NCBI RefSeq assembly: GCF_001194135.2
Contig: NC_068982.1
Coordinates: forward strand, 167,865,809 to 167,906,113
Direction: 5' to 3'
DNA: 40,305 nucleotides
DNA from: Octopus bimaculoides
Lineage: Eukaryota
In this document: piece by piece, positions 21,985 through 34,607 of the stretch
Layout: every line of letters begins with the position of its first letter
How positions within the stretch are numbered: position 1 is the first letter of the stretch
Position numbers and translations under genes: made by a program
Notes under the pieces: generated by a model
Database searches by the model: none
Told to the model about the DNA's origin: nothing
What the model saw: the letters and a program-made list of their open reading frames with translations, nothing else

Positions 21985-22480
21985 ATCAGAAGACCAAAGG
22001 CGCACTAGAACTGGAATGCGTTCACACTTGTGAAAACAAAGAATATTGGAAGAACATCCCGATAAAAACAGCAACTCGATCTTAGTGCAACAGACGAGAC
22101 ATTGTCCTGCGGGATAGAGAGCAAAAGATATGCACTACAGTAGAGATTAGCTATCTAGTTGATGTGAATGTTGCATAAAAGACTGTAGGAAAAGAGAACA
22201 TATATGGAGAACTGATAAGAAACTTGCAGCTCTTATATCCAAACTACAGTTTCTTGTTCGTACCGAATATCATAGGCGATGGGTTACATAACAACGGGTC
22301 AACTTAAAAATGTAAAAAGACAGTACTCTCTAAAAATGAATAAACCAAACTAATCCGTGTTCTCAATAGAAAACTAATCAGTGGCACGTTTAAAATTTGC
22401 ATAACGTTCCAAAAATTGGCCATGCGAATTTCCGATGCTAAACACATGAAAATCATTTAAAATACTCCAGGGAGCTTCCA
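21985..22480 (+). mobile_element. R4/Dong-type non-LTR element 3' end (restriction-like endonuclease)
   Basis: EYWKNIPIKTAT..CNRRDIVLRDREQKICTTVEISY..DVNV...KENIYGEL..LQLLYP.Y.F..VP.IIG: the decayed PD-(D/E)xK REL region, ending SGTFKICITF. Confidence 0.82.
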
Positions 22481-22833
22481 AGGCCTGACATGTAAATTTC
22501 AGAAGCCTGACATATGCACATATTCACATATACGTACGACATGCATGAACACACACTTGCATACGAGTGAAGCACAAACACTTATGTAATTACAGTGTAA
22601 ATGTGAGGCACAAACACTTGTGTACGAAAGTTAAAAGCATATCCATGTATCTATGTATGTATGTATTCATATGTATGTATGAAAGTATTTATATTAATCT
22701 ATCTATATGTGTGTGTGTATAGGTATATTTATATAAATGTATATATAAATAAATATGCATACACATAGATGCATATACATATATAGATACATAGATACAT
22801 ACACAAATACATATACGTACACGTATACATAAT

Positions 22834-22925
<92 letters not shown>
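22834..22925. repeat. (CA)n microsatellite
   Basis: Direct. Confidence 0.95.
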
Positions 22926-22929
<4 letters not shown>

Positions 22930-23626
22930 CTGATTACAAAATGGAGTTCTGTCCAAATTAGAGTCCGTATGTCAAACAAATCTTTAAAACGGGCCAACGA
23001 GTAATGAAATCTCATAGTTTTCAATATCAAACAATAGAGTAGATACTTCTGTAATCACAGTATCAGTAATTTCATAATTGATTTCATGTTTCGCTGACAT
23101 TATAAATAGTATTTAATAGAATTTAAATAGTCACTATTCGCTTTTGAAATATTTCTCAATATATATAAAAATTTACATATAATAGAGAAAATAGTTGCAG
23201 AGTAGACGAATAAAAGGGAAAATTAGCGACTCAACAAAACTACGATGGTTGAAACAGAACAGCAGGATACGGTGCAGGTGGAGTAGAAAGAGAAAAAAAA
23301 CATACATGTAGCTTTGTAAAGAAAAATGCTGTACATGTATATGAATATGTATAGAGGTATACATGTACATTTGTGTATATGTGAGTGCGTGCATGCGCTT
23401 TGCATCAAATGCATATATATATATTTAAATAGACAATTCCTTCTCTTAATATATTTAAATTTCTCTGTGTGGTTGTATATTTATGTATGGTTATGTATGT
23501 GTGTATATGAATATACCTACACACATTATATATTTGTGGTTGTATGTTTATGTATGGTTATGTACGTGTGTATATACATTAATATATATTTATAAATATA
23601 CTTTTTTCAGCATGTATATACATATT

Positions 23627-23627
<1 letters not shown>

Positions 23628-23669
<42 letters not shown>

Positions 23670-23725
23670 TCATCCATCCATCCATCCATCCATCCATCCA
23701 TCCATACATACATACATACATACAT
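23628..23725. repeat. Compound tetranucleotide repeat (TATC)n(CATC)n(CATA)n
   Basis: Direct. Confidence 0.9.
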
Positions 23726-23969
23726 GCACATGTTAACGCTAAGTTTGAGGAAAATAGAATTATAAATGAAAAAGTATAATATATTTTGACCTGCTACTGC
23801 ATAATGTCATTCGACGGTGGACATTCTGGGGCAAGATCATCAGATGTTCTAGTTGAGTATATCGAGGTCAGTGTTTATTTGATACTGGTTCTTGTTTAAT
23901 CGATTTCTGTTTCTAGAATGGCTGGATTATATTTTGTTTATACGGAACTGGTTTTATACAGTTTGAAAA

Positions 23970-24265
23970 TATGACCAGATACTGTAATAGCTTGGGATTG
24001 AAGGCCCCATAACCTTTCAATGCCCCCAACCCCGAAAGAGCTGAGATAGTACATGGTGTGGATGTAGGTGTTTTCAAAACTAAACTGGATTGCCAAAGGT
24101 CAAGAGTTCCGGATAAGCCAACTCCACGTCAGAAAGTGAAAATGAGGACAGCAGCATCAAACTCCATCGTTCACCAAACGCCAACTGGTAAAGGAAGATT
24201 AATGAAAGTGTACCAACACCCGTTCACAGTTCCCCAGTATGGCCCCAGCGCTTGACCTGAGACTA
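23970..24265 (+). mobile_element. CR1-like LINE 3' end
   Basis: YCNSLG..GP..FN..P then VDVGVFKTKLD..SRVPDKP..AASNSIVHQ, the typical end of CR1-group ORF2, followed by a short 3' UTR. Confidence 0.7.
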
Positions 24266-24461
24266 ATATCTGTCACTTCTGCCGAACCGTGAAGTTACGG
24301 AGACGTAAACACACCAACATCGTTTGTCAAGCGATGGTGGGTGGGGGAAAATATATACATATATATACAATGGGCTTCTTTCAGTTTCCGTCAATCAAAT
24401 CCACTCATAAGGCCTTGGTCGGCCCGAGGCTATAGTAGATGACACTTGCCCAAGATGCTAC
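24266..24461 (-). mobile_element. SINE family BA, internal part (left member of an inverted pair)
   Basis: Tail fragment at 24266-24345, then TA, then body at 24369-24461; all are the reverse complement of the family sequence. Confidence 0.85.
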
Positions 24462-25195
24462 GCAAGTGTCTTCTACTATAGCCTCGGGCCGCCCGAAGCC
24501 TTGTGAGTGGTTTTGATTTGGTAGACGGAAACTGAAAGAAACCCGTCGTGTGTGTATGTGTGTATGTGCATGTGTATATATNNNNNNNNNNNNNNNNNNN
24601 NNNNNNNNNNNNNNNNNNNNNNNNNNNNNNNNNNNNNNNNNNNNNNNNNNNNNNNNNNNNNNNNNNNNNNNNNNNNNNNNNNNNNNNNNNNNNNNNNNNN
24701 NNNNNNNNNNNNNNNNNNNNNNNNNNNNNNNNNNNNNNNNNNNNNNNNNNNNNNNNNNNNNNNNNNNNNNNNNNNNNNNNNNNNNNNNNNNNNNNNNNNN
24801 NNNNNNNNNNNNNNNNNNNNNNNNNNNNNNNNNNNNNNNNNNNNNNNNNNNNNNNNNNNNNNNNNNNNNNNNNNNNNNNNNNNNNNNNNNNNNNNNNNNN
24901 NNNNNNNNNNNNNNNNNNNNNNNNNNNNNNNNNNNNNNNNNNNNNNNNNNNNNNNNNNNNNNNNNNTATATATATATATATATATGCATGTATTTGTGTG
25001 TCTATCTTTGTCTCCACACCGTCGCTTGATAACCGATGCTGGTGTGCTTACGACCCCATAACCTAGCAGTTCGGCGGAAGAAACCATAGAATAAGTACTA
25101 GGCTTACAAAGAATAATTCCTGGAATCGATTTGTTCGATTAAAGGTGGTGCTCCAGCATGGTCGCAGTCGAATGACTGACACAAGAAAAAGAATA
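24462..25195 (+). mobile_element. SINE family BA lacking its tRNA head (right member of the inverted pair; N gap in its microsatellite)
   Basis: gcaagtgtcttctactatagcc..gaaacccgtcg(tg)n, gap, then the tail to ggtggtgctccagcatggtcgcag..aagaaaaagaat. Confidence 0.85.
24582..24965. other. Assembly gap (N run)
   Basis: Direct. Confidence 1.
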
Positions 25196-25393
25196 CATAC
25201 ATATATGTACATGTGTATGTATACATATATGGTATATGGATATATGATGTTTAAATATAAAAGTTAGAAAATAATAGAAGAGAGATGGAGAGAGGAAGAG
25301 AGGAAGAGAGGAAGGGAAGAAATGCTAGTATTTCGTAGAACGTAAATTAAAGTAGGTAATAAAGAGATATTGAAAATTAGTGACAAATTCTTT

Positions 25394-25434
<41 letters not shown>

Positions 25435-25602
25435 TTGTTTTGCAAGATTCTTGATGTGAAATCGTGTGTTGAAAGAGATGTTGTTGTACTTGGGGATGGT
25501 CATATTGCAAGTTTAGCCAATAAAAACACACGCACTGTATATTTGGTGTTAATTTGCTTCAGCTTTATATTACATTAATCTTAATCTTATTTCGGCCAGA
25601 GT

Positions 25603-25653
25603 TCTCACCTTGCTAACTATCAGCCATTTTGGCTGATAGTTAGCAAGGTGAGA
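25603..25653. repeat. Perfect 24-bp inverted repeat with 3-nt loop
   Basis: Direct: tctcaccttgctaactatcagcca-ttt-tggctgatagttagcaaggtgaga. Confidence 0.95.
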
Positions 25654-25660
25654 CACACAT

Positions 25661-26639
25661 NNNNNNNNNNNNNNNNNNNNNNNNNNNNNNNNNNNNNNNN
25701 NNNNNNNNNNNNNNNNNNNNNNNNNNNNNNNNNNNNNNNNNNNNNNNNNNNNNNNNNNNNNNNNNNNNNNNNNNNNNNNNNNNNNNNNNNNNNNNNNNNN
25801 NNNNNNNNNNNNNNNNNNNNNNNNNNNNNNNNNNNNNNNNNNNNNNNNNNNNNNNNNNNNNNNNNNNNNNNNNNNNNNNNNNNNNNNNNNNNNNNNNNNN
25901 NNNNNNNNNNNNNNNNNNNNNNNNNNNNNNNNNNNNNNNNNNNNNNNNNNNNNNNNNNNNNNNNNNNNNNNNNNNNNNNNNNNNNNNNNNNNNNNNNNNN
26001 NNNNNNNNNNNNNNNNNNNNNNNNNNNNNNNNNNNNNNNNNNNNNNNNNNNNNNNNNNNNNNNNNNNNNNNNNNNNNNNNNNNNNNNNNNNNNNNNNNNN
26101 NNNNNNNNNNNNNNNNNNNNNNNNNNNNNNNNNNNNNNNNNNNNNNNNNNNNNNNNNNNNNNNNNNNNNNNNNNNNNNNNNNNNNNNNNNNNNNNNNNNN
26201 NNNNNNNNNNNNNNNNNNNNNNNNNNNNNNNNNNNNNNNNNNNNNNNNNNNNNNNNNNNNNNNNNNNNNNNNNNNNNNNNNNNNNNNNNNNNNNNNNNNN
26301 NNNNNNNNNNNNNNNNNNNNNNNNNNNNNNNNNNNNNNNNNNNNNNNNNNNNNNNNNNNNNNNNNNNNNNNNNNNNNNNNNNNNNNNNNNNNNNNNNNNN
26401 NNNNNNNNNNNNNNNNNNNNNNNNNNNNNNNNNNNNNNNNNNNNNNNNNNNNNNNNNNNNNNNNNNNNNNNNNNNNNNNNNNNNNNNNNNNNNNNNNNNN
26501 NNNNNNNNNNNNNNNNNNNNNNNNNNNNNNNNNNNNNNNNNNNNNNNNNNNNNNNNNNNNNNNNNNNNNNNNNNNNNNNNNNNNNNNNNNNNNNNNNNNN
26601 NNNNNNNNNNNNNNNNNNNNNNNNNNNNNNNNNNNNNNN
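25661..26639. other. Assembly gap (N run)
   Basis: Direct. Confidence 1.
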
Positions 26640-26741
26640 TATATATATATATATGTATGTATGTATATATATATATATATATACGTATATATATATACAC
26701 ATACATACATATATCAACAAAATACATACGCCTATATAATA

Positions 26742-26782
<41 letters not shown>

Positions 26783-26980
26783 GGTCTGTCGGCCTGTCTG
26801 TCTCCCGTCCTACCTACCTAGCTACCTATTCATCCTTCTATCTACCTACCTATCATTTGTAAATGATATACGTGCTTCTGAGCATTCGCATAAGAGTTAC
26901 ACATATAAAGAAATTTCACGCCCATATTCATACTCAATTTAAATTTTTTACAGCTTCTACTGGCACATATGTGTGTGTAT

Positions 26981-27023
<43 letters not shown>

Positions 27024-27055
27024 TATGTCTATGTGTATGTCTGTGTATGTGTGTG
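26640..27055. repeat. Microsatellite cluster (TA)n, (TATC)n, (CTAC)n, (TG)n
   Basis: Direct. Confidence 0.85.
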
Positions 27056-27757
27056 TTTTCTCAATCCCATTTCCTTTTATAGAATTCCCTTGCATTTGTT
27101 AATAAGCTGCTATAAGCTCAACATTATATCAAGTTTGCATATTTGAAAAATTATTCTGCTGCCAATGAAAATAATATTTTTGATATAATAGCTAAGAATT
27201 TACAAAGATTTTGTAGAAGTTATTCTAGCTACTGTTTACGTTAACTTTAATCCCCCAATTTTTTTCCGTACCACTATCATCATTCTTTTACCGCTGTTTA
27301 GTTCCCTAGTTTACACTAGGTGACTGTTTCTGTAAGAAGTTCACATGCTTACTACGTGGTCTCTGGCTCCTTGGGTAAGTTTTAGTTCCATAGATTAGGA
27401 TCAAATGAATCCGTATGACTAAACTTTGTTATACGGAAACTGGCTTGAAGCGTATTCGTTCACCTTTCCTTGAAGCCTATCTGGGGACTTGACCTGGTCC
27501 TTTCATGCCTTTAGTTGAGTACAATGCCCTGCACGCGTTCGGCTGAGGTCTCCGATATATGGATAACATTCTCCTTTTCCTTGTCTCAGAGTCCCCAAAA
27601 GGACGCATAGATGCTACCCTTCCTTCCCTAAGTGATAAAATAAAATTAAATTGCAAAAAGAATATTGGCTAAGAGGCAAGTTTTCTCTTGGGTTAGATAT
27701 TAGCTATTTATAAGTACCTTATAGTTAACGAACTATTTCTCATTATCGCAGCATTAA

Positions 27758-27910
27758 TGTTGTTTAGTCTCAGCAGAGCCATGACTCAGTATATCTAAGC
27801 CCTCAGACACTTCAGCCTTGACCAATGTATATCATTTCATTTGAAGATGGCAGAGAGTGATTCAAGAGCGGTTTGGCTGCTACTAGTAGCTGGTTGAACA
27901 ACCACACTGA
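27758..27910 (+). mobile_element. Decayed unclassified interspersed repeat (family F)
   Basis: Contains ggtttggctgctact, the near reverse complement of the 16-mer aaatagcagtcaaatc found identically at 2222-2237 and 13106-13121. Family recognition is otherwise from memory. Confidence 0.4.
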
Positions 27911-30900
27911 GTATTCTGCTGTTGATTTAAAACGTCGCCGCTGCTATAGAGGGTAGTTTCGCAATACGCAATATAAACATAGAGCTAGATAAATTGAGCA
28001 GTGGGGAGATAAATGTCTAATCCATATATACAAATGTAGCACTTATGACAGGATACGAAATCTCTGACCTTTTGACCGATTACCCTGAAGGATAACGATT
28101 CGGTTTATTGCGATTTCCGTTTCCCTCAAGTAACATTTTATCATCGTAGGAGGCATCAATAAGTGTTAATAAATGACCCGTAGATCGATGTCGTTGATTT
28201 CGGACGTCCAAGCGAGAAATACGGATATATGATATCTTTATCTGAAACGCCATTATACTAGACAAAAAGATTTAGCAATTATTTACTTGGCAAAATTCAG
28301 ATGTTATACTTTTCGTTTCTTTTTTCCATGTTAAGAATTGAAAATAGGACCTACATGGAATAGAACATTATAAAAAATTCCTAAGAATAACATTTCTTTC
28401 GTGTGGAAAGTGAGAACGAGAAATTAAATCTACACGAAGAAACGATGTTGCATCTCCCCTTCAAAGCACAAAGCCTATTCACTACACACGAATATTATTA
28501 ATATTTAAATACGCCTGATTCGATAATGCTTTGTTTAATCCATTCGTCATTGACGTAAACTTTACAGTATTAACAAGGAAAGACATCCTCTTATCAATAT
28601 ATGAATTTGGCTTTTAGAACTCATTATAAAAGCCAATGAATTATTGATGTTCCTGTTACGAATATTTTCGAACTATTTACGAGTATTTTCATGTAAACAC
28701 GAGAAAACACAGAATAAAGGAGCGCAGTCGACAATTTATTGAATAATGGATTTATGATTTTAGACCCAAGTCATTTCTTTTTAAAATGTTTTTTGCTAAA
28801 CTTGCTTTATTCTCTCAGCGCATATTCTGCTTTCAGTCAAACTATTGATCTGAGGAATATAACACACGCGTAAATATACACGTACATAGAAAGCAACACA
28901 GGCACACACAGGGGAGAACAGAATTTCTTTTAAACATATGTTGAAAATGTTGACTGCTGTGAAGTTTGATATTTTATAGTAAGGAATTTTTGTATCTCTT
29001 TCTTAGTCCTTATCTTTACTTTAGAACAATAAAGGACCCAGACCCGTCACCTTTTCTATAGCTTCTCTTATATTTTGGTGTTTAGTGTTGTGTGCTACTG
29101 TCTTTGTATATAAAACAAAAACCATTGGAATGTTGTCTTCCTGAAAATATTGCATTCGTCAAATCTAAAATTTTGACCGTCGATTCCAAGTTAGTTTCAG
29201 GTCTTTAAAATAGTGAAAAAATGTGTAGTAATGTTTGATTTGTGTTTTATATAATGATTGATTCCGCAACTAATCTATTTGCCACGGTTGTGTTATCAGT
29301 TAATGATATCTTGTGGAGTTTCTTTCATATTTCGTAGTTGAATGAGCTAAAAGAAGCTGATTGTTATAAATGCATGATCAATCACAGCGAATGTCGTATT
29401 TGAACGTTCAATGTATGAGACTGAGTCAGTCTTAGAATTACAAATTTATGTTGGCATTCAAATATATTTTTCATTTTAGTCGATAGAAGTATAATGTTCG
29501 ACGAAGTTAAAACTCGGTTATTTTTTAAATATATGCATACTTTCAATTTGATACATATGTTTTGTATTTTATATTATAGGAATTCTGAAGTTGTAAAACT
29601 AGGTGCATTTCATTCATGTAGAATGATGCATAAACATAACAACTGCATTTGATATGCCGATTGTATATTCATGTTTAAATGAAGGCTTTAAATCGAATAA
29701 TGATGCTATTGTCAGTAACGTGGTCATTCACATGGATTTATCCAAGTACTAACTCCACATTCACTCCATGTGATAAAACCGAGATGGCTTAGAAACGCTC
29801 ACGAAACAAGAAACATTAAATGCTAGTATCAAACATTAGAATAATAAGGAAATACAAAAAAAAATCCACAATGATTAAAAAATGCATTATATTAAACACG
29901 TAAATGCACATACAACTAAATATACTCTCAAACGTACACACACATGCACGCACACACTCCCTCTTATGACACACATGAACATATGCGCGTTTGAAAAAGT
30001 GCGTTTGTGCATATGTGTGCAGTGTGACTGTATATATACTACATTCCGAAGAAATATTGTCAGACTACACTCTACACCATTTTTTTCTCCCAACTCTCTC
30101 CCTTTGTCTCGTAACTCTCCCTTTCTCTCTTTTTATATATAAATATACACATTTACTAACAGAGGGATCTTGATTCACATAATTTACAGTTTCAGTGACA
30201 ATAATTAAGCCACCATCAGTTAACAATATAGCCCTGACATTTTGAACACGTTTACTTAAAATGGCTATATAGGTCTTAGCTGGCTTGATTAAACTGGATT
30301 TAGGATTGAAAATAAAGTTGGAATTGTGATCTTTAGGCGTGGATTCAATGAGCTGTAATCAACTGTTTCCTCGGCATCGAAAATAAAGCAGCCTGCAAAA
30401 CTATCCAGTTTGTTGTCGAAGATTTCTATTTTTCGATATAAAAGTCGCTTCTCCTAAAAGCCCTAGATTTCGGAAAACAATGTATCGGAACAGCACTTTA
30501 GACCTCACTTTTCATGCGAACAACTGCAAGGTAGATAATCCTTGCTACTCATAGTGGGATTAGTGTCTTGTCTGTGTACTACAACTGTGGCCATCTCATA
30601 TCCGGTTATACTTACTTCACACATTCATGATAATAAACATCCTTCCTATATTAGACAGTGAATTTTGATTAGAAATTTCTGAATAAGTCATTGGTCTTCA
30701 GAAACCATTCCGTTCGAACTGCAAATGAGTACTTTTCAACACATATTTTGTGGTGTGGACCCGATCGGAGATTTAAATTTTGCTATATATGTTTTATGTA
30801 AGCACATTACTTACTTTAAGAGTGTTACACTATGTCATGTAGAGTTCCTGTGTGAGAAATATATTCCTCGGATGCAAACCTGTTGGAATTTACTATGCTT

Positions 30901-31927
30901 CTAATAATCGAATGATTACAAATTCGTTGGTGTTGTTTTTGCCTGCGGTCACACTTATTCGAGCTGACCTGTGTCACATACATGACTATCTGTAATACAT
31001 ATTAAAATCTAGTGTTTCAAGATGGCAATACGTGGTTTTGTAAGAGATCTGGTTGTAATTTTTAAATTCGTGGGCACCCTAGATTTTAATTTTGTCCAGA
31101 CTTATTTAGCTCCGTGCCATCAAATCATACAGAATTACGCGGGATTTTCATATTGACTCTATATATATCGCAAGGAAAATAGCAACAGTTCTGCATACAC
31201 ACTAAGTGATAATCTCTTTGCTAATATACTTAATCTATCTAGTAATAAATTATAATTAATTAAAATTTCACCCAAGGCATTATTAACTTAATCATCAATT
31301 CCAGTTAAGAGTGATACGCGAGAGAACATTTCAATCAACTTAGAGAAAATTAATTAAACTAAAAATTAATTGAATGAAAAGTAATAAAACGCCAGCATTG
31401 TAGAGAGTGGTGAGTTTTTATCTTTAATAATAAATAATCTGTTGGTGTAGATTTGGTAATTCGTGTACAAGTAACATTACATCAGAAAAAAGAATAACAC
31501 AAGTGGATTAATTAACTTAGAAACTGTTATTCAGAGATATATGTGGTACACTTGTACTCACTGTCTCTGACTTTCTGACCCAATACATTATAGTAAAATA
31601 AAATTTACCCGAACATATTTAAGAAACAAATCCAATATAAATAGTAACAAACTAGCAAGCAAGGAAATCAATCTCGTGAGAGATTTTATCTGTCTACAAA
31701 TTTAAGTGTTTTATATATATTTCTATATTTATATACATTAAAACAAAGTATTTTTCTCTTGCTTACTCCTAATTTTATTTTTATATATTACACATCGAAA
31801 TCTATTAGGAATATGCAATATTATTGATTTTATGTTTGATTAAAATTATCGGAAAAGCTTTCTAAAATGAGTTGAGAGTTTTCGGCTAATTTTGATTTCA
31901 ATGTTCAAGCTATTTGAGGGATATTAC

Positions 31928-32056
31928 AGCTTGCTTACGAACCACATGGTTCCGGGTTCAGTCCCACTGCGTGGCACCTTGGGCAAGTGTCTTCTACTAT
32001 AGCCTCGGGCCGACTAAAGCCTTGTGAGTGGATTTGGTAGACGGAAACTGAAAGAA
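31928..32056 (+). mobile_element. SINE family BA, 5' half, low divergence
   Basis: gcttgcttacgaaccacatggttccgggttcagtcccactgcgtggcaccttgggcaagtgtcttctactatagcc..gacggaaactgaaagaa. Confidence 0.9.
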
Positions 32057-32064
32057 AATCTACG

Positions 32065-33449
32065 GAATCTACAAGTAGATTTAGATGTCAAGTACCCTCC
32101 TATTGGGTTACAGCAAGTAACCTTAAATGCCAAGATACCCTCCTAAGTATCCTAGCTGTCCCTAATAACACTGTTTTCTGGAGCTGTACTAAAATGCGTC
32201 TTATGACTATTTCCTCTATCCACCTTTAGGGATTGTTCCCAATGCACCTATAATGGGATACATTTTATCCGCACTTTCGATAGTCTCCGTAATTCAGTAG
32301 CTAGGTCCTGGTATTTTGCTATTTTTCTATACCTCTCATAAAGTCAATTATCAGGCACATTCTGTTCTCTTTATCTACTACTACTACTACTACTACTACT
32401 ACATCAGGACTTCTAGATTTTATTACATAGCTAGTCTGAATGTTTAAAGTCCCACAACATCTTGTATTTCTTACTTTCTAGTAATTACTACGTTCATGTT
32501 CATACCCTTTATCAGTATGTTCAAATCCTAGCTTTCTATCTAGCTCACATTTTCCACACTCTTTCCACAGAGTCTGCATTTCTGGGTGTCAGAAGTTTTA
32601 TAGATGTTATACTTCATTGAATTGGTAGCAAGAGCCTGATCTTGTGCGGCTATGATCAGGCTTTCGGTGGTACACTTCAGATCACCTCGCTCAAGCCATG
32701 CCCATGATGCTGTATTATCCTTAACGTTTTGTGCATTCCTTTCAAACTGTCCATGTATTCTCATTTCAAGAAGGTCTTCTTCTCTTCTCCTCAGCTCTTT
32801 GGTTGAACTCTTTCTTGACCATCATTTCATCTACATTTAAACCCATATCTTTAGCGGCATATTGCAGCAGGTCTTCATCACTATATATCAAATACTCAGC
32901 AAGCGTTCTCCTTTCACTCCTTATACAATAGTTTATACTAATTAGTTCTATGCTACCATTCTTTCTTTTCATATACAGTCTGTTTATGTTTGCTTTAGGG
33001 TTTACGTTTACTGCTTATGTTTACCCCACGCAGCGTCATCAACTTTCTCGTTATACTACCCAGTGTTGATATTTCCGTCTTAGTCCATTTGAGGATGGAC
33101 GCACTATAGCTCACCACCGCAACTACCCAGATATTCATTGCAGTAATCAAATTTTTGGCATTCAGGTTGGATGTCAACATCTTCACCCTTTTTTGATACG
33201 CCTCGCAGATCTTGACTTGCATTTTTCTGTGTAAAATGTCATTCAGCTGCAAAATTCTTAAATATCTATACCCACTACCGCCAGGTTCACCCATGGTCTC
33301 TCCTGATGGTAACCACAGTCCTCTGCAGGCTGCTTTCTTTCCATTTTTTCATATTAAGTACTGAGCATTTGGTAATCCCAAATTCCATACCGATATCCCT
33401 ACCACACTTCTGAACTGTTTTGGTTAAGGAATCCCCTAAACAATGTCAG
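32065..33449 (-). mobile_element. R4/Dong-type non-LTR element, 5'-truncated (RT C-terminus, CCHC, REL)
   Basis: DIGMEFGITKCSVL; YRYLRILQ; NLNAKNLITAMNIW.VAVVSYSA; HGQFER..SWAWLERGDLKCTTESLIIAAQDQALATN..KCRLCGKSVENVS; SPD..VVDKE..CLIID; LQKTVLLGTARILRRV. Frameshifted; contains a (TAC)n insert. Confidence 0.88.
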
Positions 33450-33660
33450 GTTATTATTATTAGTAGTATTATTGAGTGAGAGACCAGTGCATGCCATCAA
33501 AGTGACTCTGGGGTAAATTATACGAAGCTCAGTACACCCATCATGACCATCCGTCTGATATCGGTAGATCAGGCACATGCATCACACAATGTGCTTGACG
33601 TAGTGATCTTATATCAAGATAAACAGCGCATGTGTTAGTACCACCCTAAGAAAGATCGAC
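33450..33660 (-). mobile_element. Unclassified repeat 3' end with (TAA)n tail
   Basis: A (tta)n tract followed by gagtgagagaccagtgcatgccatcaaagtgac. Recognised from memory as an octopus interspersed repeat; no second copy in this window. Confidence 0.35.
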
Positions 33661-33748
33661 ATCCTTGACATTGAGTCAGACATATACTACCCCAAGAGAG
33701 ACTCAACAAGGAAACTGTTTACGCTCATAGAAACTTTTACCATCATAA

Positions 33749-33980
33749 GGCGGCGAGCTGGCAGAAACGTTAGCACGCCGGGCGAAATGCTTAGCGGAAT
33801 TTCGTCTGCCTTTACGTTCTGATTTCAAATTCCGCCGAGGTCGACTTTGCATTTCATCCTTTCGGGGTCGATTAAATAAGTACCAGTTAAGCATTGGGTT
33901 CGATGCAATCAACTTAATTCCTTTGTCTGTCCTTGTTTGTCCCCTCTATGTTTAGCCCCTTGTGTGCAATAAACAAATAA
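33749..33980 (+). mobile_element. SINE family C, near full-length
   Basis: ggcggcgagctggcagaaacgttagcacgccggg..B-box-like gatttcaaattcc..gtcgactttgcatttcatcctttcggggtcga..tgtttagccccttgtg; at least 6 other copies in the window. Confidence 0.9.
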
Positions 33981-34069
33981 ATATGATCGTGAGCTTACGT
34001 CCTAACTACAAGGCCAACCAGACACCACAGCTCATGTTAATATGTACGCGTGTAGGTATGTACGTATAC

Positions 34070-34195
<126 letters not shown>

Positions 34196-34607
34196 GTGTT
34201 CTAGTAATCCGTTTACTAATTTGCCGATTGATAAATCACCGAAATAAAATCGAAGAATACTCTTATGTAAGATTCAAATTCAATCTGTACAAAATGATTT
34301 TTATTAAGTTTCGAAATTTGGCAAAGATTGAATATTGGAATTTGGAGAAAAAAAAAATCTCAAAAAATAAAAAAATAAATAAATTGAAAAATGTGAGTAC
34401 AATGAAACAAATACACTCTTCCCATTCCCATTATCAATTGATTCGGAATAGATGCAATTTAATTAGAAATGCCTTTTATAACTTCAGCTTCCCTAATGTA
34501 AAATGATGTATGTGTATGCATGTATGTATGTGTGTATGCATGCATGTATGTATGTATATCATTGTTTAGTTGTATTTCTTGCCAATGGAGAAAGATCCGG
34601 TTTCTAA

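Noticed and set aside
23804-23866. ATG-initiated 21-codon frame (MSFDGGHSGARSSDVLVEYIE) ending at GAG|GTCAGT
   Set aside because: Short enough to arise by chance, with no recognisable homology or downstream exon.
28050-28265. 61-aa ORF and a TGACCT-N2-TGACC nuclear-receptor-like site
   Set aside because: No family match; a single degenerate site is expected by chance in 40 kb.
30300-30720. Possible further LINE remnant
   Set aside because: I could not identify any ordered RT or EN motif on either strand.
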